The notes under the pieces: model-generated
The model's input: the letters and a program-made list of their open reading frames with translations, nothing else
What the model was told of the DNA's origin: nothing
Database searches by the model: none
Source of the DNA: Trichosphaerium sp. ATCC 40318
Lineage: Eukaryota > Protista > Tubulinea
Direction: 5' to 3'
Length of the DNA: 64,000 nt
Assembly: GCA_038496445.1 (NCBI GenBank)
Contig: JALMLS010000334.1
Coordinates: 244,124 to 308,123, forward strand
In this document: positions 13,701 through 27,900 of the stretch, piece after piece
How positions within the stretch are numbered: position 1 is the first letter of the stretch
Layout of the letters: the number at the start of each line of letters is the position of its first letter
Program-made: the position numbers and the translations under genes

Positions 13701-14971
13701 TCAAGAAAATTGGGTTGCACTGTTTGTGTTTTTGTGTGAATGTTTATCCTGAATATTGTCACTGCAAATATAAGCGTTAATCGCAATCCTTCAGCCCAAT
13801 CACCAGATGTACTCCATGGCTGTACGAGAGTCGTATCGGCATTAATTGCAGCTATAAAATTTTGGTTGTCCATCAATGGATTTTCATCTGTTACTGTGTT
13901 GACATCAATACTTCGTATTGCTTTAGCATCAAATGCTGCAATCACTGTAAATAATGCAAGAGTTATGGATTGTGGATGATGTAGAGCAGGATTAGGTGGC
14001 GGTGTTGCTTTCCAACGTGGTGAAAAATGATGTACTAAGTTGACTAGCTGAAACACGTCATCTGGTGGTAGTGCGGTTGTGTAAGCAACATAAAACAGTA
14101 TGTCCACCAGCATCTTTTCCTCAACATTGCGCTTAATCCTACCTGGAGCCGTTGGTTCACCCTAATCCAGAGCGTTAACACAATCTGCTTTTAAGTGTAA
14201 AATAAAAAAACCCATAATAGGAAATGTTAGCGTGTCAGTCTCTTGCCTTGACTGTTGATACGATATTGCGGACTAAACCTTTCGCTATTATATTATGTAT
14301 AAATTCACGAAGGATTCTTTTTATTACAGGAGCGATGTCGACATCTGGACCATGTTGTACCTAGTGTCACGACAAAATAAATTTAATATGTCACCCACGT
14401 CTCTTTTTTTTTTTTTTGAGCGTTATAACGAACCCTTAGGATATCCAAGAGCGTATGGAGCACATTTGACCGAATTTCAATAAACTTTTGTTGCGCTAAA
14501 GCAACCGTTTCGCCAAATTGATCTTTCTATGCGTACGTTAAGCGATTTAGAGTGTAGAAGCGTATGTACCTCATCTTGAGCCATCCAAAACAATCGTATG
14601 CATTCATACTCGTCGTAGTCGATTGCATCGCTCAGATGTAATATCTAGTACAAGTCAGAGTGCTTTTAGCATGACATGGCTAAAAGTGCTTGTTCCATGC
14701 CTGCGCTACCACTGCTTGGCTTCCAAACTGTACAGCGCTTCCATCCAACACGACTTGATTAGTAGATAATGCCTTTCTGTGCTCTGCGTTGCGAGGCTGA
14801 TTATTTTAGCGTTTGGCATTTCATAAAATACAGTACCTTTTGCCTTAGAGGTGTAGCAAACTCATCCTCTAGATTTTGCAATAAATTGCGAAAATACGCG
14901 GCGTCATTCATTTCACCAACTCTACTGAGCTCCATGGAGAGCTCGAGAAGCTGCTCATACAAAAATTGCAT
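7791..14971 (-). CDS. NUP205: Nuclear pore complex protein Nup205/Nup192, multi-exon (start approximate)
   Basis: Large helical protein with family-like blocks IEGNMGTYDCTNAFMSFL, PGPWPYLHFVIVEVF, RRYAQNHLKWEV, MRGNIYAAMLNYLQY, YVFDAKMTFLTRVAMSPRGA and IIENTLFLIW; stop TGA at 7791-7793. Confidence 0.88.
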
Positions 14972-15103
14972 AATACTACAGCTTTGGGCACATTCAAAAG
15001 TGTCCACAGGTATGTTTTTCAAACGTATTCTCCCGCGGAAAAATCAAAAAGTTTTCATTTCATTGACTACATTGGGTTTTTTTTTTTTACAGTAGGGGTT
15101 ACT

Positions 15104-16300
15104 CTAGCAGTAGCAAGACGATGTTTGTTCAGGCTCAGATGGTTCTTGCGCAATATCGATGGTTTTAGGCGCACTCCGTTCTGGTCCTACTTTTATTACT
15201 CTATTGCTTTCCTACAACGTACACGCACCTGATTTATTAGTTTTGTGGCTGTTGATGATAGTGGACGCGATCTTAAGAGTACACAATGAGCGGAATACCT
15301 TTTTGAAAGCAAAAAAAAATGTACCTGCTGAAATAGTTGTTTTATATTATATCCTGCTTTTGCTGACGTTTCAATGTACCTAAAATCTCTTGTTAGAACT
15401 CCGCTAAAACCACGTGATGTACAAGGCATTCAACGCATCTGCCTTCTTGATACCTAGTAGCAATGAATTGGTAATGCTTGTTATTTATAATAGCCACATA
15501 CCCTCCTCCATTGAAACTTGTCGCACGTCGCTTTGATCACTCTTGTTCGCGACAATTATCATTATTGCCTGATTAGAGCGCTCAGCAAGTACGGCTTCTG
15601 ACCAGCTGTCTATACTCGCAAATGTTGCACGCTTCGCCATGTCGAATACCTACAGCATTTGAAAGAGCTACTCAGTACCTTCGTGACTTACAAGTATCCT
15701 ACATGGTGTAAGTAATAACCTTTGCGTTTTTGCCACTAGCATGTTACATACGCTACGTGAGAATCGCGTATATAGCTCGGTATTAAGCTGCGGAAGCGTT
15801 CTTGGCCAGCTCTTCACACTATTTAGTACAAGAAATGTTTGAGAAGGCGTACGTGTCCCATAGCTGCAATAAGAGTCTGCGGTCTTCTAAAAACAGCGTC
15901 TAGAGCCTGTCAAAACGCACGTGGGCGACGAGACGCACCTTGCTTAAAAAATCAATGCCTATGGCGTTTTAGGGACGATTGAAAAGCTTGTGATAGTTGG
16001 TACCTATTGTAGCATTGTATGATGTCGAAAACGTGTCTAACCAAGTTAACAATTTTACCACAACCCGTAGCTGCGTACCATACATGTACGACGTTAGAAT
16101 TGATGTCTTTGAGAGAATTAGTTAAATAGATACAATAGCTTTTTTACAAAAATAAAAACATCAACAGCACGTGCCTTGCCAACGGATATATCCCCCAAAA
16201 AGACTACTTTGTATTTTTCTAAAGGTGTAAGAGTATACGACGAGGAACGGCGCAAGCGGGCAGACGTTGCTGTATCTTCACCAACAGGTTCGTGTGACAT
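15104..16300 (-). CDS. RAB6: Rab6-like small GTPase (about 11 introns)
   Basis: Spliced sequence reads [74 protein letters not shown], with a C-terminal CxC prenylation motif (SSCYC*). Confidence 0.9.
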
Positions 16301-16425
16301 TGCTACAAAGGCCACGTCGTAAATTTGTAGACGAGCTTAATCAGAAATTTGGTACAAAATTGCGGTGAACAAGACTCAAGCCACGTGATATTTAATGTAT
16401 GTACAAGTGGCTACTACAGTCACTA

Positions 16426-18628
16426 CTAATGAGGCAATAAACGAGCGTTGGGCCGGAATGGAGTAGGGGTGTTATAATTAGCTAGAGACCCTTGTGTGGG
16501 CGTAGTCTAAACAGTGTTTAGCAGAAATATAAAACATTTTGGTGCTTACGTTCCTAATGTTGATTCTTCTCGTGGTAGCTAAAGCAACAAATTAAGTTGG
16601 ATTTTATTTAAACCTTTTTGCACGTACTATTTTCGGGGAGTCCTGGACGTGCTTTTAGAGCAGTCGCAGGGCAAACAAGCCCAAGTATCTGAGTGTTGTT
16701 TGGTAGTAGGAGCAAGGCAACAGGTGACGTTTCACCTAGATGTATTACACCAGCCTAATCCATTCAAGTAAGTAAAACGCTAGTGTGTCGAGCGAGGGAT
16801 ACGCACGCTTCTAGAAAGCAAATTTTTTAGTGTAACGAAATTCTGGGTGTTTTCTGTTGTGTCCGCGCTCAGTGCTCCAACCGTAAACTCCATCTGAAAC
16901 CAGAACGTTAGTTTTTGTTGCAAAAGGGAAAATAGCTGAAAAAGAGTACGTACTATAGGAACTTTGTTGTGGTTCATAAGTTGTCCACGGACCCTAGGGT
17001 CATCGCGCAGCAGGAAGATAATTTTGAGTGCCGTAGGCCAAACAATATTTGAAAATCGATTTTTATCATCAGTGCTTCTATTGTTCCTCTTCCATGGTGC
17101 AGCTTTTACTCTAGCAAACACTTCCGCCCCTCTTGAAGCCTCACTTTAGTGTGGTGAGTCAATGTTTGGTACCTTTCATCCCATACCAGCAGTCCTGACC
17201 ACAGCGTATGTTCATTCTTGTTACCAGTCATCGCCTGATTCATCAATACGCTCTGAGTTGCCATGGCGCTATTGTTACCAGCTGGAGAATTTGCTCGGGT
17301 AGTTCTCTGTACGCCACCTGGTAGCTCATAAGTGGGAGTGAGCAACTAGTAATATCATACCTATTGTTACTGTATTTGGGGAATGTACGGACATTGGAGA
17401 ATGGACAGCTATTGGAGAGTGTGCAGCCATTGGTGAATGCGCAGACATTGGAGAGTGCGCAGCCATCGGAGAGTGTACAGATAATGGAGAACGGGCTGCC
17501 ATTGATGAAGAGCGCATGGAATACATAGTATTGTTAGGATATGTACTGTTTGTGACAATGTTTGTAGGTGTCAATATATTCGTAGGTGTTGCAGCTGCAA
17601 CACGTATAGAGTTATTGGACGTTACTCTCGGCATGGACTAAGTAGTAGTGTAAGCATTGGTATGTAGTCAAAGAAAACGATATGAAGTACATGATGTACA
17701 GTAGTTCTATCACTAACTTGTTGGGATGACATTACCGTAATGCCGGTCATATTTGACGATGTCGTAGCAGGTGTTGGCATGAGCTGGATGCCGGCTGATG
17801 CCATTTGCTCTTCTTTCGGTTTAACTACTTTCAAACTTAAGAGGTGCGGATCTATTCCGCCTAATTTGCATAGTGGCACTTTGTCAGAGATAGCTACTTG
17901 TGATCCCCTGCCAGACTGTGGAAGTTGAGTTAGCACGTATTCTAAGAAGGGAGAGTTTACCTCTTTAATGATTTTTCGGAACACAGGCAAATCTCTGAAC
18001 CCTAAGAAACTTATGTGTGTTCGCTTTTGGTGTAATCGTTGAAGCTGCTTTGATATTGACTTATCAAGCTCAATGTGTTTTTGTGGTTTGTGAGGAGGAG
18101 ATGATGCAAAAACAAATAAATAATTTTCAGCTTGCTGTGGTTCATTTGAAAGCCAATCTGTAGCGACCTACACGGATTAATACCCATGGCAGCGACGGGT
18201 ACAAACCTCTAATCCTGCGCTTAATGCTGCCCTGTTATAGGCTCCGCCATGGTAATCGATGCCACTTGCTCATCGTTAGAACAATACTTCAGCACGTGAT
18301 ATACGTTTAATGTGTCAAGCGTACCTCACCCACAACTGAAATTGCGCCCAGTTACTTGTAAACCGTCTAGCTTCAATAACTGAATCGGCGTATGGTGGAT
18401 AATCGCGGTATAATACCAACGCCACTTTTTCGTTCTGTACACGGTAAGTTACGACGTTATAGAAGTATTCTGTGCCTGGTGCTTTCTTACAGCCCTAAAA
18501 GTATGTTATTGTTGGTTACTGTTTGATGGACCGTACTCAACAAGTTTGTTTATGAGCTGTTGGGCCACTTGCTTGTTCTTATGCATCTTTGAAGTGGCCT
18601 CAATTACAAATATTATGTTTCTGGCCAT
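16426..18628 (-). CDS. MED25: Mediator subunit 25 (N-terminal VWA, SP-rich linker, C-terminal ACID domain)
   Basis: MARNIIFVIEAT; VALVLYRDYPPY..FTSNWAQFQLWVSGIDYHGG..AALSAGLE resembles the Med25 VWA domain; LWSGLLVW..WPTALKIIFLL..AGVIHL..LLLLPNNTQILGLVCP resembles the ACID domain. Confidence 0.75.
17380..17495 (-). repeat. Coding 18-nt tandem repeat, (H/R)SPxxx x7, in the MED25 linker
   Basis: RSPLSV HSPMAA HSPMSA HSPMAA HSPIAV HSPMSV HSPNTV. Confidence 0.9.
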
Positions 18629-18807
18629 TCTCGCGCCTAGCGTCAAAAGGTGCCTGTACAGAAAGAACTAAACAGCCCAAGCTCGACTGAACTAAAAACT
18701 TCGCTTAACGCTTCGAAAAAGTCGGTAATTGTCAGATACACTCAAAACAAGTAACGCACAAAGCACTACAAGTACCTCGGCGTGTCAATAGCATAACCGT
18801 TACTCCA

Positions 18808-21800
18808 ATGGCCCATTTCCTCTTTGTTACGCGTTCATTAATTGATGAATGGGACACTACAGGTTTCAATCAAGTGTATGCGTTATTTTATTTTGAAAGT
18901 CTAAAACCGAATAGAATGGAAGGATTAGCACAGACTCAGGGTGGAATACTCGCAGGGCAACAAATAAACGTCCCATCGATCAGGTTGATTGATGTAGAGA
19001 CGTACTAGCACTAACTTTTGCTAGACGGATTATTTACGAGCTATTTGGACAGTATTTCGAAGAGCAGCTTCATTTAGACAGAATTGACGCAGTTTTGACA
19101 CACGGTGATTTCGTACGTTGCGCAAATTCCCTGCCGTTTCATAACAGCACTGCTCGAGCCTGACACGCATATAGTTGGAGATACCAGATATCAGGGACAT
19201 AGTCGCAGATGTGCTATGGGTTTTCAGTACGTCAAAGAGTAACTGCCACTGTAAATTCATGCGTAGACAGGTCCCCAACATCAAAAGAGTCCAAAAGCTC
19301 CGTTGCTGAACGCTTTAGTGCGTAAGATTGCTTGCTTGCAAGGCTGCACGAAGGTGCGTTTATTGACATTTTGCAATCTACAAAGACATGATCAGAATAC
19401 AATTACAATGACGAATATTGGCTTGTTTACCCATTCTAGGCGTTACTCGCTAGAGTAGATGACACTCTCATTAATGACTTGGATCACACATTCATGAACC
19501 GCTACCGAAGAACAAACACTCGTCAAAAGTACGTGCTTAGTCATGCAGTCACTGGCTCAGTTTTTTTTTTATAGTTTAACACAAGTCAAATACAATCTAT
19601 TCCGAGAAGAAAGCGAAGGTTACTCCAAGGTCATCACTGAACTAAACAAAAAGATCACAAACGATAACATAGATAGTGTTATTAACAACGTCAAGTCCAT
19701 CATAGGTACGTACTAAAAAGCGCATCACTTGGAACAATACTTATAGAGTTTAGGGTACTTTTGTCTTGACCCTAATCGCGTCTTGTCTGTTGTACTATCT
19801 TCGTATCAAGTTAACCTTGATAACGATCTATACACGCGACTACTAGATATATTCTCATCAACGAACTTATCCCATCTCATTGGCTTTAAGTTTAAACAGC
19901 AAAAGGACTCGAAGGACTCATCATCGTTGTATGCTCTCGCAAGTAAGTTCATCCAGCAGGGGCGAGTAAGCATGAATCAACTTTACCCACACGTACGAAG
20001 ACAAGGAATAGCGATCGGGTTCTCTAACATAACCAGTTGTGGCCGAGTGAGGAAGACATGCGAAACCATCTAATATCACGATCCGACAGGGCAGTTCTTG
20101 AATCTAAGAACGCTCGATCTTCAAAGTGGACGGCATCATACGCCAAAGCGACTGCGAAGAAGACTGAGGCATTGAAGGAAAAGGAGGAATGGTGCAAAGA
20201 ACAACGACATTTTATGGTGCGTTTTGAGAAGTTCTACAAACACACGCTTCACGCCTCACGCCTCACACGGTATCGTAGAACAAAAACCAAAAATTGGGAT
20301 TGTGCGCAGCTTTGTTGGATACAGACGACTGGGAGAAGAACTCCTCTCACGCCCTCAAGATGTTAGCTATTCTAGCGCCTTTTCAACCTTCGAGCTACAA
20401 ACCCATTGCTCAGCGACTGGCAAAGCAACTCGCTAAGCTAGTAGCGCCTTTGTATGAAAAACATTGTTCTCTTAGACACAAAATTTCAGAAAAAGAAGCT
20501 ACCTCAATGGCCATTGACCCAAGCGAAGAAGAGTTTGACACATTCCAAAAACTAGCATTCCCATTAGTGGAGTGCTTGGGCGTAATGATTTGTTTGGATG
20601 CATCACTCATGGTAAAGTTCTGCCGTGTCATTGGATTTTTCTGCAAGCTCCTTACCGGGAAGAAAAGAGAAAGTCTACATTGCGATATGGCAGGGTTACT
20701 TGCTAGGAATATGCTACCAGCGTTATCTCTTCAAAGCCCTAACCCTAGCTTGTCGCAAGAAATATGGGCAATATGTTCTCAGATGTCGTGGCCTATGCGC
20801 CACAAAATGTATTCTTATTGGCTCAGAAATCAAGATTGGCCTGATTTAGTCGTGACAAAGGCCTTGTCCATCCGCAAAACGAAACAAGCTTTAAAGTGCG
20901 TTCACACCAACTTTTAAGTGTCCAACACTAACGCCTACTAGACGCATGACTATTAATACGACAAAGCCTGTTGGCCGTCAGTTAGGCAAAATTGGACAAT
21001 CCAATCCTGGTACCCCATTTCAAACTTATTGTACACACTCTCACACCACGTGATTTATTCAAGGTCCCATGTTCCAAACCGTATTGCATAATGTAGAACA
21101 GTACTCAAATATGATGCAGCCAGTAATCGATTCGTTGAAATATGTTACAGACCTGTCCTTTGACGTTCTCACCTGTAAGTCTTCACTGGACACATTTGCT
21201 ACTCACATCCTGTCCTTTGTGTAGATATTATAGTAGAGCGTTTGAGTGACGATACCAGAGAACTCTTCCAAGATGATGGTAGAAACGTCTCTCACTGGTT
21301 TAGGAATCTATCGGCTTTTGTCGGACATTGCTACAAGAAACACAGTAGTTCGATGCAGCTTGGCGCTCTTCTCGATTTGATATTTGCTGGATTAGAACAA
21401 AATCAATCACAAAACTTTCTCGTACTCAAAGGTACGCTAGCAGTACACGGCGAATTAACCAACTGAATACAGAGGTTGTCGCGCGTATGACGAATATTGA
21501 GTTGTACGAAGACCACTTGGACATTGTAGAAGCACATGCTGGTGGTAAATACCTTAGAGAAGTAGCACTTGCTAGAATAATACATGCGCGTACATCCCGA
21601 GGTGGTATTGCAAATCTCAAACGTGCTGTGAAGCAAGCAGATCTAGCCCTGCCAATTTACGAGCTTCTATCCAAGCAAAAGAATTGTATACTGTTCCACA
21701 CACCCAAACAAAAGTATCTAAAGCTAGTTGGCGATCTCTTCGATAAGGTAAGAGATAAGGTATTGTTTGGTCTTCTAACAACATGTACAAAAGTGTCAAG

Positions 21801-24601
21801 ATAGCGTTTTACAGTGGGCAAGTTTCACAATGCAACATGTTTACAGTGAGAATAACTGGGCGGGTTTCAAATACACTCCAGAGATTCTAATCTTAGAGCA
21901 TGGTATACCAGTTGAATGCGCTTTCCACATCTTGAGGCCATATCTTGCGCTTAAGGATCCAGACTTTAAACAACACTTTGATTTGACACCATGCATCAAA
22001 GACACAAGGTATGTAATTCATACGAGCTACTAGATTGCATTAACTGCCATTTAAGCATTGACCCTATGTTTTTTGAAATGTTCTGGCGTCTTGGATTCAG
22101 TGATTTGCACAACCCTAGAGAAATGTACGAAAAGGAGATTGAAACTCTATCTGCAAGTGTACGCCACAACTTTAATCATCAGTGACTAATGCCTATATAA
22201 GACCGATAGCTCGTCACAAAACATGGCGTCAAAACTTAAACTAGAACTGATAGCACAAGAGGTATAACTTCAACTTGTTTATTATATCCTAACCAAACTT
22301 TTTAAAGAAATGGCATACCAAAGTGATGGCTGAGCTTAATCGCGTAGCGCCTAGCTGGACACTTGCTGGCCAAACAAGTCAGTTGGCAGAGTTGCTAAGC
22401 AAATGTATTTTACCACGTGCCAGATTTTCAATGGAAGATGCAATGTATTGTGTCAAGTTTGTATTAATGCTTCACGATATATCTAACTTAAACATATTGC
22501 TTTATTTTGACAAGGTACCCTTTTGTCTCATTTCAAGTACCAATTACTCTTTTTTTTTGACATATGCCATTAGCTATTTTCAGATACGCGAGCAATATTG
22601 GTAGGTTGTACTGAAGCAGAGGCAGGCAGGATAGGAGTCTTTTTGTACGTACAACTTTTAGGAAAACTCAGATCTCATTTTAACTGTTTATTCAAAAAGG
22701 CGACACAGTTTGATGGCTGTTATGAAATGGAAAGCTAGCAGCAGTGTTTTCGAGAAGGAACGAGAGTCACACGTCAAACAAATGTCATTGAGCGATAAGC
22801 CACTGTCGCACCAAGGTACTATCCAATCCGGCTTTTGTGGATCTGCTGATGACGTTTTAAGGCTTCCGAAGACTTACATTGGTGTGGGAAACGCGATTGA
22901 AAGACCATATTCGTGCCCTCATAATGTCTAACGAATACATGCAGTGCAGGAACGCACTAACAGTTCTAAAGCATCTTGTTGGGTGCTTCCCAACGTACAA
23001 AAAGGTTGCAACCTTGATAGAAAAGATTATTTCACCTCTCGAGTCTGATGCACGTGAAGACTTGAAAATATTTGCCCAGAGGTATGTATTGCATTAACAA
23101 AACACGACGGACCAATGCTAAAATCTTTGTTTAGTTACATACAAGAATTGCACAGGGCAAGACCAGCACTGCTGGATGATAAACAATTCTGTACGAGCGC
23201 TAATTGTTTACTACTTTATTTTTGTACTATTCCTCTCACCATTATGTTAGTACGAGACAGAGGTGATTCAAAATCAAAATCGAAAGTTGACAGAGATGGA
23301 AAAAAGAGTGAACGATCAGAGAGGAAGTCAACCTCGGATAGAAAGCTACGAGGACCGCTTGAACCAGTAAAGCCTGTTATGGGTCCACCTAAGCCATCTT
23401 CAAAGTACGACACGCCAACACGCACTAAACTCGACACTGCCAGCAGCAACAGAGATGTTGGGTAAAGTGTTACCAATTTCTATTTTGTTAACACCGCATA
23501 GAATACGAGAGCGCATTGTAATGCCTAGAAACAGATCATCAGAACCTTCACGAAAGAGAAAGTTGAGCCCACAAAACTCTGATGTTCCTCAAGAAAAACA
23601 AGGAGATAGGCCACTAAAGCGACGGAGGAGCGCAGACAATGAGAAGGTAATGCATAAATGGTTAATTATCGGCTCACATTTAATGTAGGATTCACGTGAC
23701 GCTGCAGCAGCATCTAAAAGGCGGAAGGAGTTGATAAACAAAAGTTTAGAAGAGCGTACGGCTTTTTTATCATATTTCTATGTATTTTTGCTAACCTGGA
23801 GTAGCACGTGATAAAAAAGCTAGGCGCAAAAAGACTGAAAAGCGCCCAGAGAAGCCAGATCCTCTTGAACCGCCTCTAAAACGAAGAAAAGGTGACAGAG
23901 ACAGGTCTCGCGATCGTGAAAGATCTAGCGATAGGTCAGGCGATCGTATTGACAGATCAAACGATAGGCCAGGTGATCGCACTGATAGGTCAGGTGACAG
24001 ATCAGGTGATAGGTCAGGTGATCGTATTGACAGATCAAGCGAGCGCACTGATAGATCTAGCGATCGCACTGACAGATCAAGCGATCGCACTGACAGATCT
24101 AGCGATCGTAGTGACAGATCAAGTGATCGCACCGATAGATCTAGCGACCGCAACGAAAGATCCGAACGCGATAGAGCTGCTGACCGGCTTGAAAGGTTTA
24201 ATATGCGCGATAGGACTTCTGATCGCACTAACAGATCTAGTGACCGCAGCGACCGCAGCGATCGAAGTGAGCGAATGGACCGCTCTGTTGATCGCAGTGA
24301 CAGAGGCGATAGAGGTGACAGGGGTGACAGAAGCGATCGCGGTGAGCGCAGCGATAGAAGTGACAGAAGTGATCGCAACGAGCGCAACGAGCGTAATGAC
24401 CGTAATGAGCGTGATCGCGGCGATAGAGCAGACCGCGATCGCGAAAGACTGAGTGACAGGGACAGGCAAAGCCCAAGATCTAGTCCACGACTTAGCGCCA
24501 AAGAAGAAGAAAGTGATAGAGCCAAAAGAGCTATTAATCGCGAGAATAAACGCAAGGGAGTCGGTACTAGCAGGAGACATAGAAATGGCGATAGCAGATA
24601 A
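18808..24601 (+). CDS. THOC2: THO complex subunit 2, multi-exon, with Arg/Asp/Ser-rich C-terminal tail
   Basis: TQVKYNLFREESEGYSKVITEL, SIIGYFCLDPNRVL, VGRQLGKIGQSNPG, DSLKYVTDLSFDVLT, CILPRARFSMEDAMYCVKFV, SNEYMQCRNALTVL. Confidence 0.95.
23900..24470 (+). repeat. Coding low-complexity repeat (SDRTDRS 21-nt units, then xDR 9-nt units) in the THOC2 tail
   Basis: Repeated agcgatcgcactgacagatc-like units; these also create the long antisense ORFs in the track. Confidence 0.9.
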
Positions 24602-24906
24602 CCACCCGAAATCTAAGTCAAAAAAAAAGAGAATGACTTTCTATTTGTTTATCTGGCGCACGTGCGCGGTTCGACGGTTTAATAAAAAAATTGTACCTCC
24701 CACTTGTGATTTTTTTCCATTGTGCAGACTGCCTAACGAGAATAGCTGCTTAAGTTGTAAAGTTGTATTTCTTTTAGGGCATTGGCGATATACAACCGCA
24801 CGCGCTTTTACAAAGCCAATATAAAAACAAAAAAAACAATTGAAGTGACGACGTCAACAAAACGTCACACAGCGCGTTTCTATTCCTCACAATATCAAAG
24901 CCCAGC

Positions 24907-27900
24907 ATGGGATTAATACAAACAAATACCCACACATTGCTTTTTCTGCTTTGCTGTTCTGCGTTTCTGACGGGCATGCGCTTCATCAGTAGTTTCAAAC
25001 CCATATTAAAACTAAGAGATCTTTTAGGATATGCCCAGAATTGTCAGCATTTCTCTTGCGCTGAATGCACACAGAGCAATGAATGTGGTTGGTGCGGAAG
25101 CGAACCATCATGCAGACCTGGTAGCGAAATAGGACCGACGGATGGTCAATGCAGCAACTGGCTATTCAGCGATTGCCCAGGTACCCACGTCAACATTTTT
25201 GAAGCAACAAAACAGTTTTAAAAAACGTGCTCCAGATTTATCGAGCTGGTCACGTGTAGTAGCTAGCTAGCTGACGCTCAACGCGCGATCTTTCTAAAAA
25301 ACCGGATTTACAATTACCCAATAAAATTTTTACAAAAACGACTAATGAAATTAGAATTACCCACGTGCGGAACAATTAGGGACTGTTCGTCATGCGTAGA
25401 GCGCTCTTATTGCGGATGGTGCCAAAACAGCTGTTTCAACGGTGACGAATTAGGACCTGCGGCTTCCTTGTTGAATTGCACTGGGTCTGATTGGGAATTC
25501 TTTTCATGCAAAGGTATACCCGATTCTTTCTCGAAAAAACAGAAAAAGTAAACAATTATTTCTTTTCTGATAACTCCACAGGTCAATCGTGTGATGCAGC
25601 GAGAAGCTGTTCAGAATGCGTTTCTACCGGTTGCGTATGGAACCTTGAAACAGCCTCTGGATCGGAAGGATGCGCTGAAATGGCGCCTACAGGAGAAGAA
25701 TCATGGGTATCCACGTGCCCAGCAATAGGTACTTCGCAAGTGCCGTATTGAAGTAATTTTGCGTTAGTTTCTGGCATTGAATCAATTACATTCGATACAA
25801 ACCGCGTACAACTCCACGTCGTATTTACAGTCGCAACTGATGAGGGTGTTAATGCGGAAACTTCGCTACAGCGATACAGTTGTTCCACATACTTTTTAGA
25901 AGAAGCCGAATTTGGCGCAGGTACATTTTTACAAGCAGATAATTCCTTTCAACATTTTTTTGTAATCATTTCTTAGACCCTCTTTGTTATTGGAATTCAC
26001 CTTGGGAACTTATTGTAAGATTGAGTGAAGGACCAACACTCACTTTTGGATCTGTTTTGACTCTTGTACCTGGCGTTATCCGCGAATTACATACACTCAA
26101 TCCTATTGACGTACACCACCTTTTTGCTAGCTTAAGACCTTACTCTTACCTAGGACTTTGCGGCTATTAGAAAAACTGATTCGCCTGTTGCGGCAGCCAT
26201 AGCTGGTCCTGTTCGAGTGTCGGATTGTGCTTCTCAAATCGTACAATATTCTGCACAAAGCGTTGTTGGAAGCGGTCCTGATGGCTTCACATTGTCATGG
26301 GAAGCGAGTATTCCTCACAGCGTTCAAATGGATGGAGAATTATTGGTCATAGAAGGAGGACCAGTTGAACAAGCGAGTTTTACAGTCAGCCTTACAATGA
26401 CAAACTTCTTGGGAGAATCAGATAGTGTTGTTCTACAGGTATATCAAAGAACATAGCTTGTGAATTAAGGCTAAGATTGTGCGCAGGTAGATGTTGTTGC
26501 TGGCGGAGAAATACCTCTGCTAGGCCTCTTTGGTCCAACACAAGTTTCGAGCGGAGAGTCATTTGTGCTTGCCGGTAACATCACCGATTCTACAGGCCCA
26601 TGCTTTCCGACAACCAACCTTACTGATGTTGTACTTACATGGCAAGTTGAGGGACTAGCTCCATGTGCTGCAGGTACAAAGGGTACTTTACCACCACTGT
26701 ACATTAATTGCATTTGATTAGGCATGGCCACTTCACCAGAGATCACTTCGTCTACTTGGCTAGTTCCAAATACTCACTTTCCATCAGGATGCAGGTGAGC
26801 TTTCTTTTTTCTTTTTTCCTTTTTAGGAAACAAGACTGATATCAGTTAAGGTACCAAGTAACATTGCGAGCTTTGAAGGGACAAGATAATTTCGGCAGTG
26901 CAAGCATAGTCATATCTGTGGTTGATACACTTTCAGTTTCCATTGCGAGTGGAACGTCACGTGTTGTTGGCCAACAAACACTCATGTCTAACGCTGTTGT
27001 AAATCAAGATGTAGCTCAAACGTCCTTTGAATGGACTTGCCGCTCACTCACGACCGTACGCAGACGCAACAAGTCTTTGCTTCCTTTCTCTTACACAAAT
27101 TAGACGGATTCATGTTCAGTGGTTGGTTCATCCGCTCTCGAACCGACACTTGAGCTTGACACAACCCAAATGATGGCTGGCGTTTATCAAATCACTGTTC
27201 AAGCAACGTTCAATGGTACAATCATTATTTGTCGCTTTCCGCATGTAACATTGGTTATTTAAGAGCAAGTGCAAGTTGCTAGACAACTCATTCGAGTGAC
27301 TGAAGCTTCTGGATCAGCAGTTGTCCTTGAAACAATGTCGTCCGATATTTTGGAAGCTCTCATTACCAAAAATAGTGTCCCTCTATCAGCCTCCCACACA
27401 TGTGAGATATCTAGATAACTGTAATATCAACTTACCGTTTTTAGCGTCAGGAACATTTCAGTGGAGCGTCAGCACACCCTACGCAGCTGCCGATGCTGCA
27501 AGCTTTGAAGGAAGCACGGAGGCAATCACTTTTTCTGGAAAAATAATAATTTAGTCTGACTCGATTGTAGGAGTCTTGTGCAACACTCACGCCAGCTGGA
27601 CCTGTTACCGCTGTGACTGAAGTGTTTGTGACTGTCACTGGAACAGATAATGGCGTTGTTACTTCTGCTACATCACGTATTACGTTTGCATCAGATCCAT
27701 ACAATGGAGTTGCTGATTTCTTTACAAAATTGGGCGGTTTTGCTTATGTTAGCCCAAACTTTCTACTTCGTGTGCCTTCATGGGCATCTGCTTCGACGCC
27801 TCTTTTATACGCCATCGTTTACGACAGGTATTTCAGTTCCCACGTGTTGACTATGGCATTAACGTTTCAACAGGCCATTGGGAGGAAAACGATTATTAAC

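Noticed and set aside
18956-18997. Possible GC donor in THOC2 intron 2
   Set aside because: An alternative GT donor/acceptor pair also restores the frame; ambiguous.
23791-24580. Long antisense and alternative-frame ORFs over the THOC2 tail (also over the SR and PAT1 repeats)
   Set aside because: Stop-free by-products of coding low-complexity repeats.
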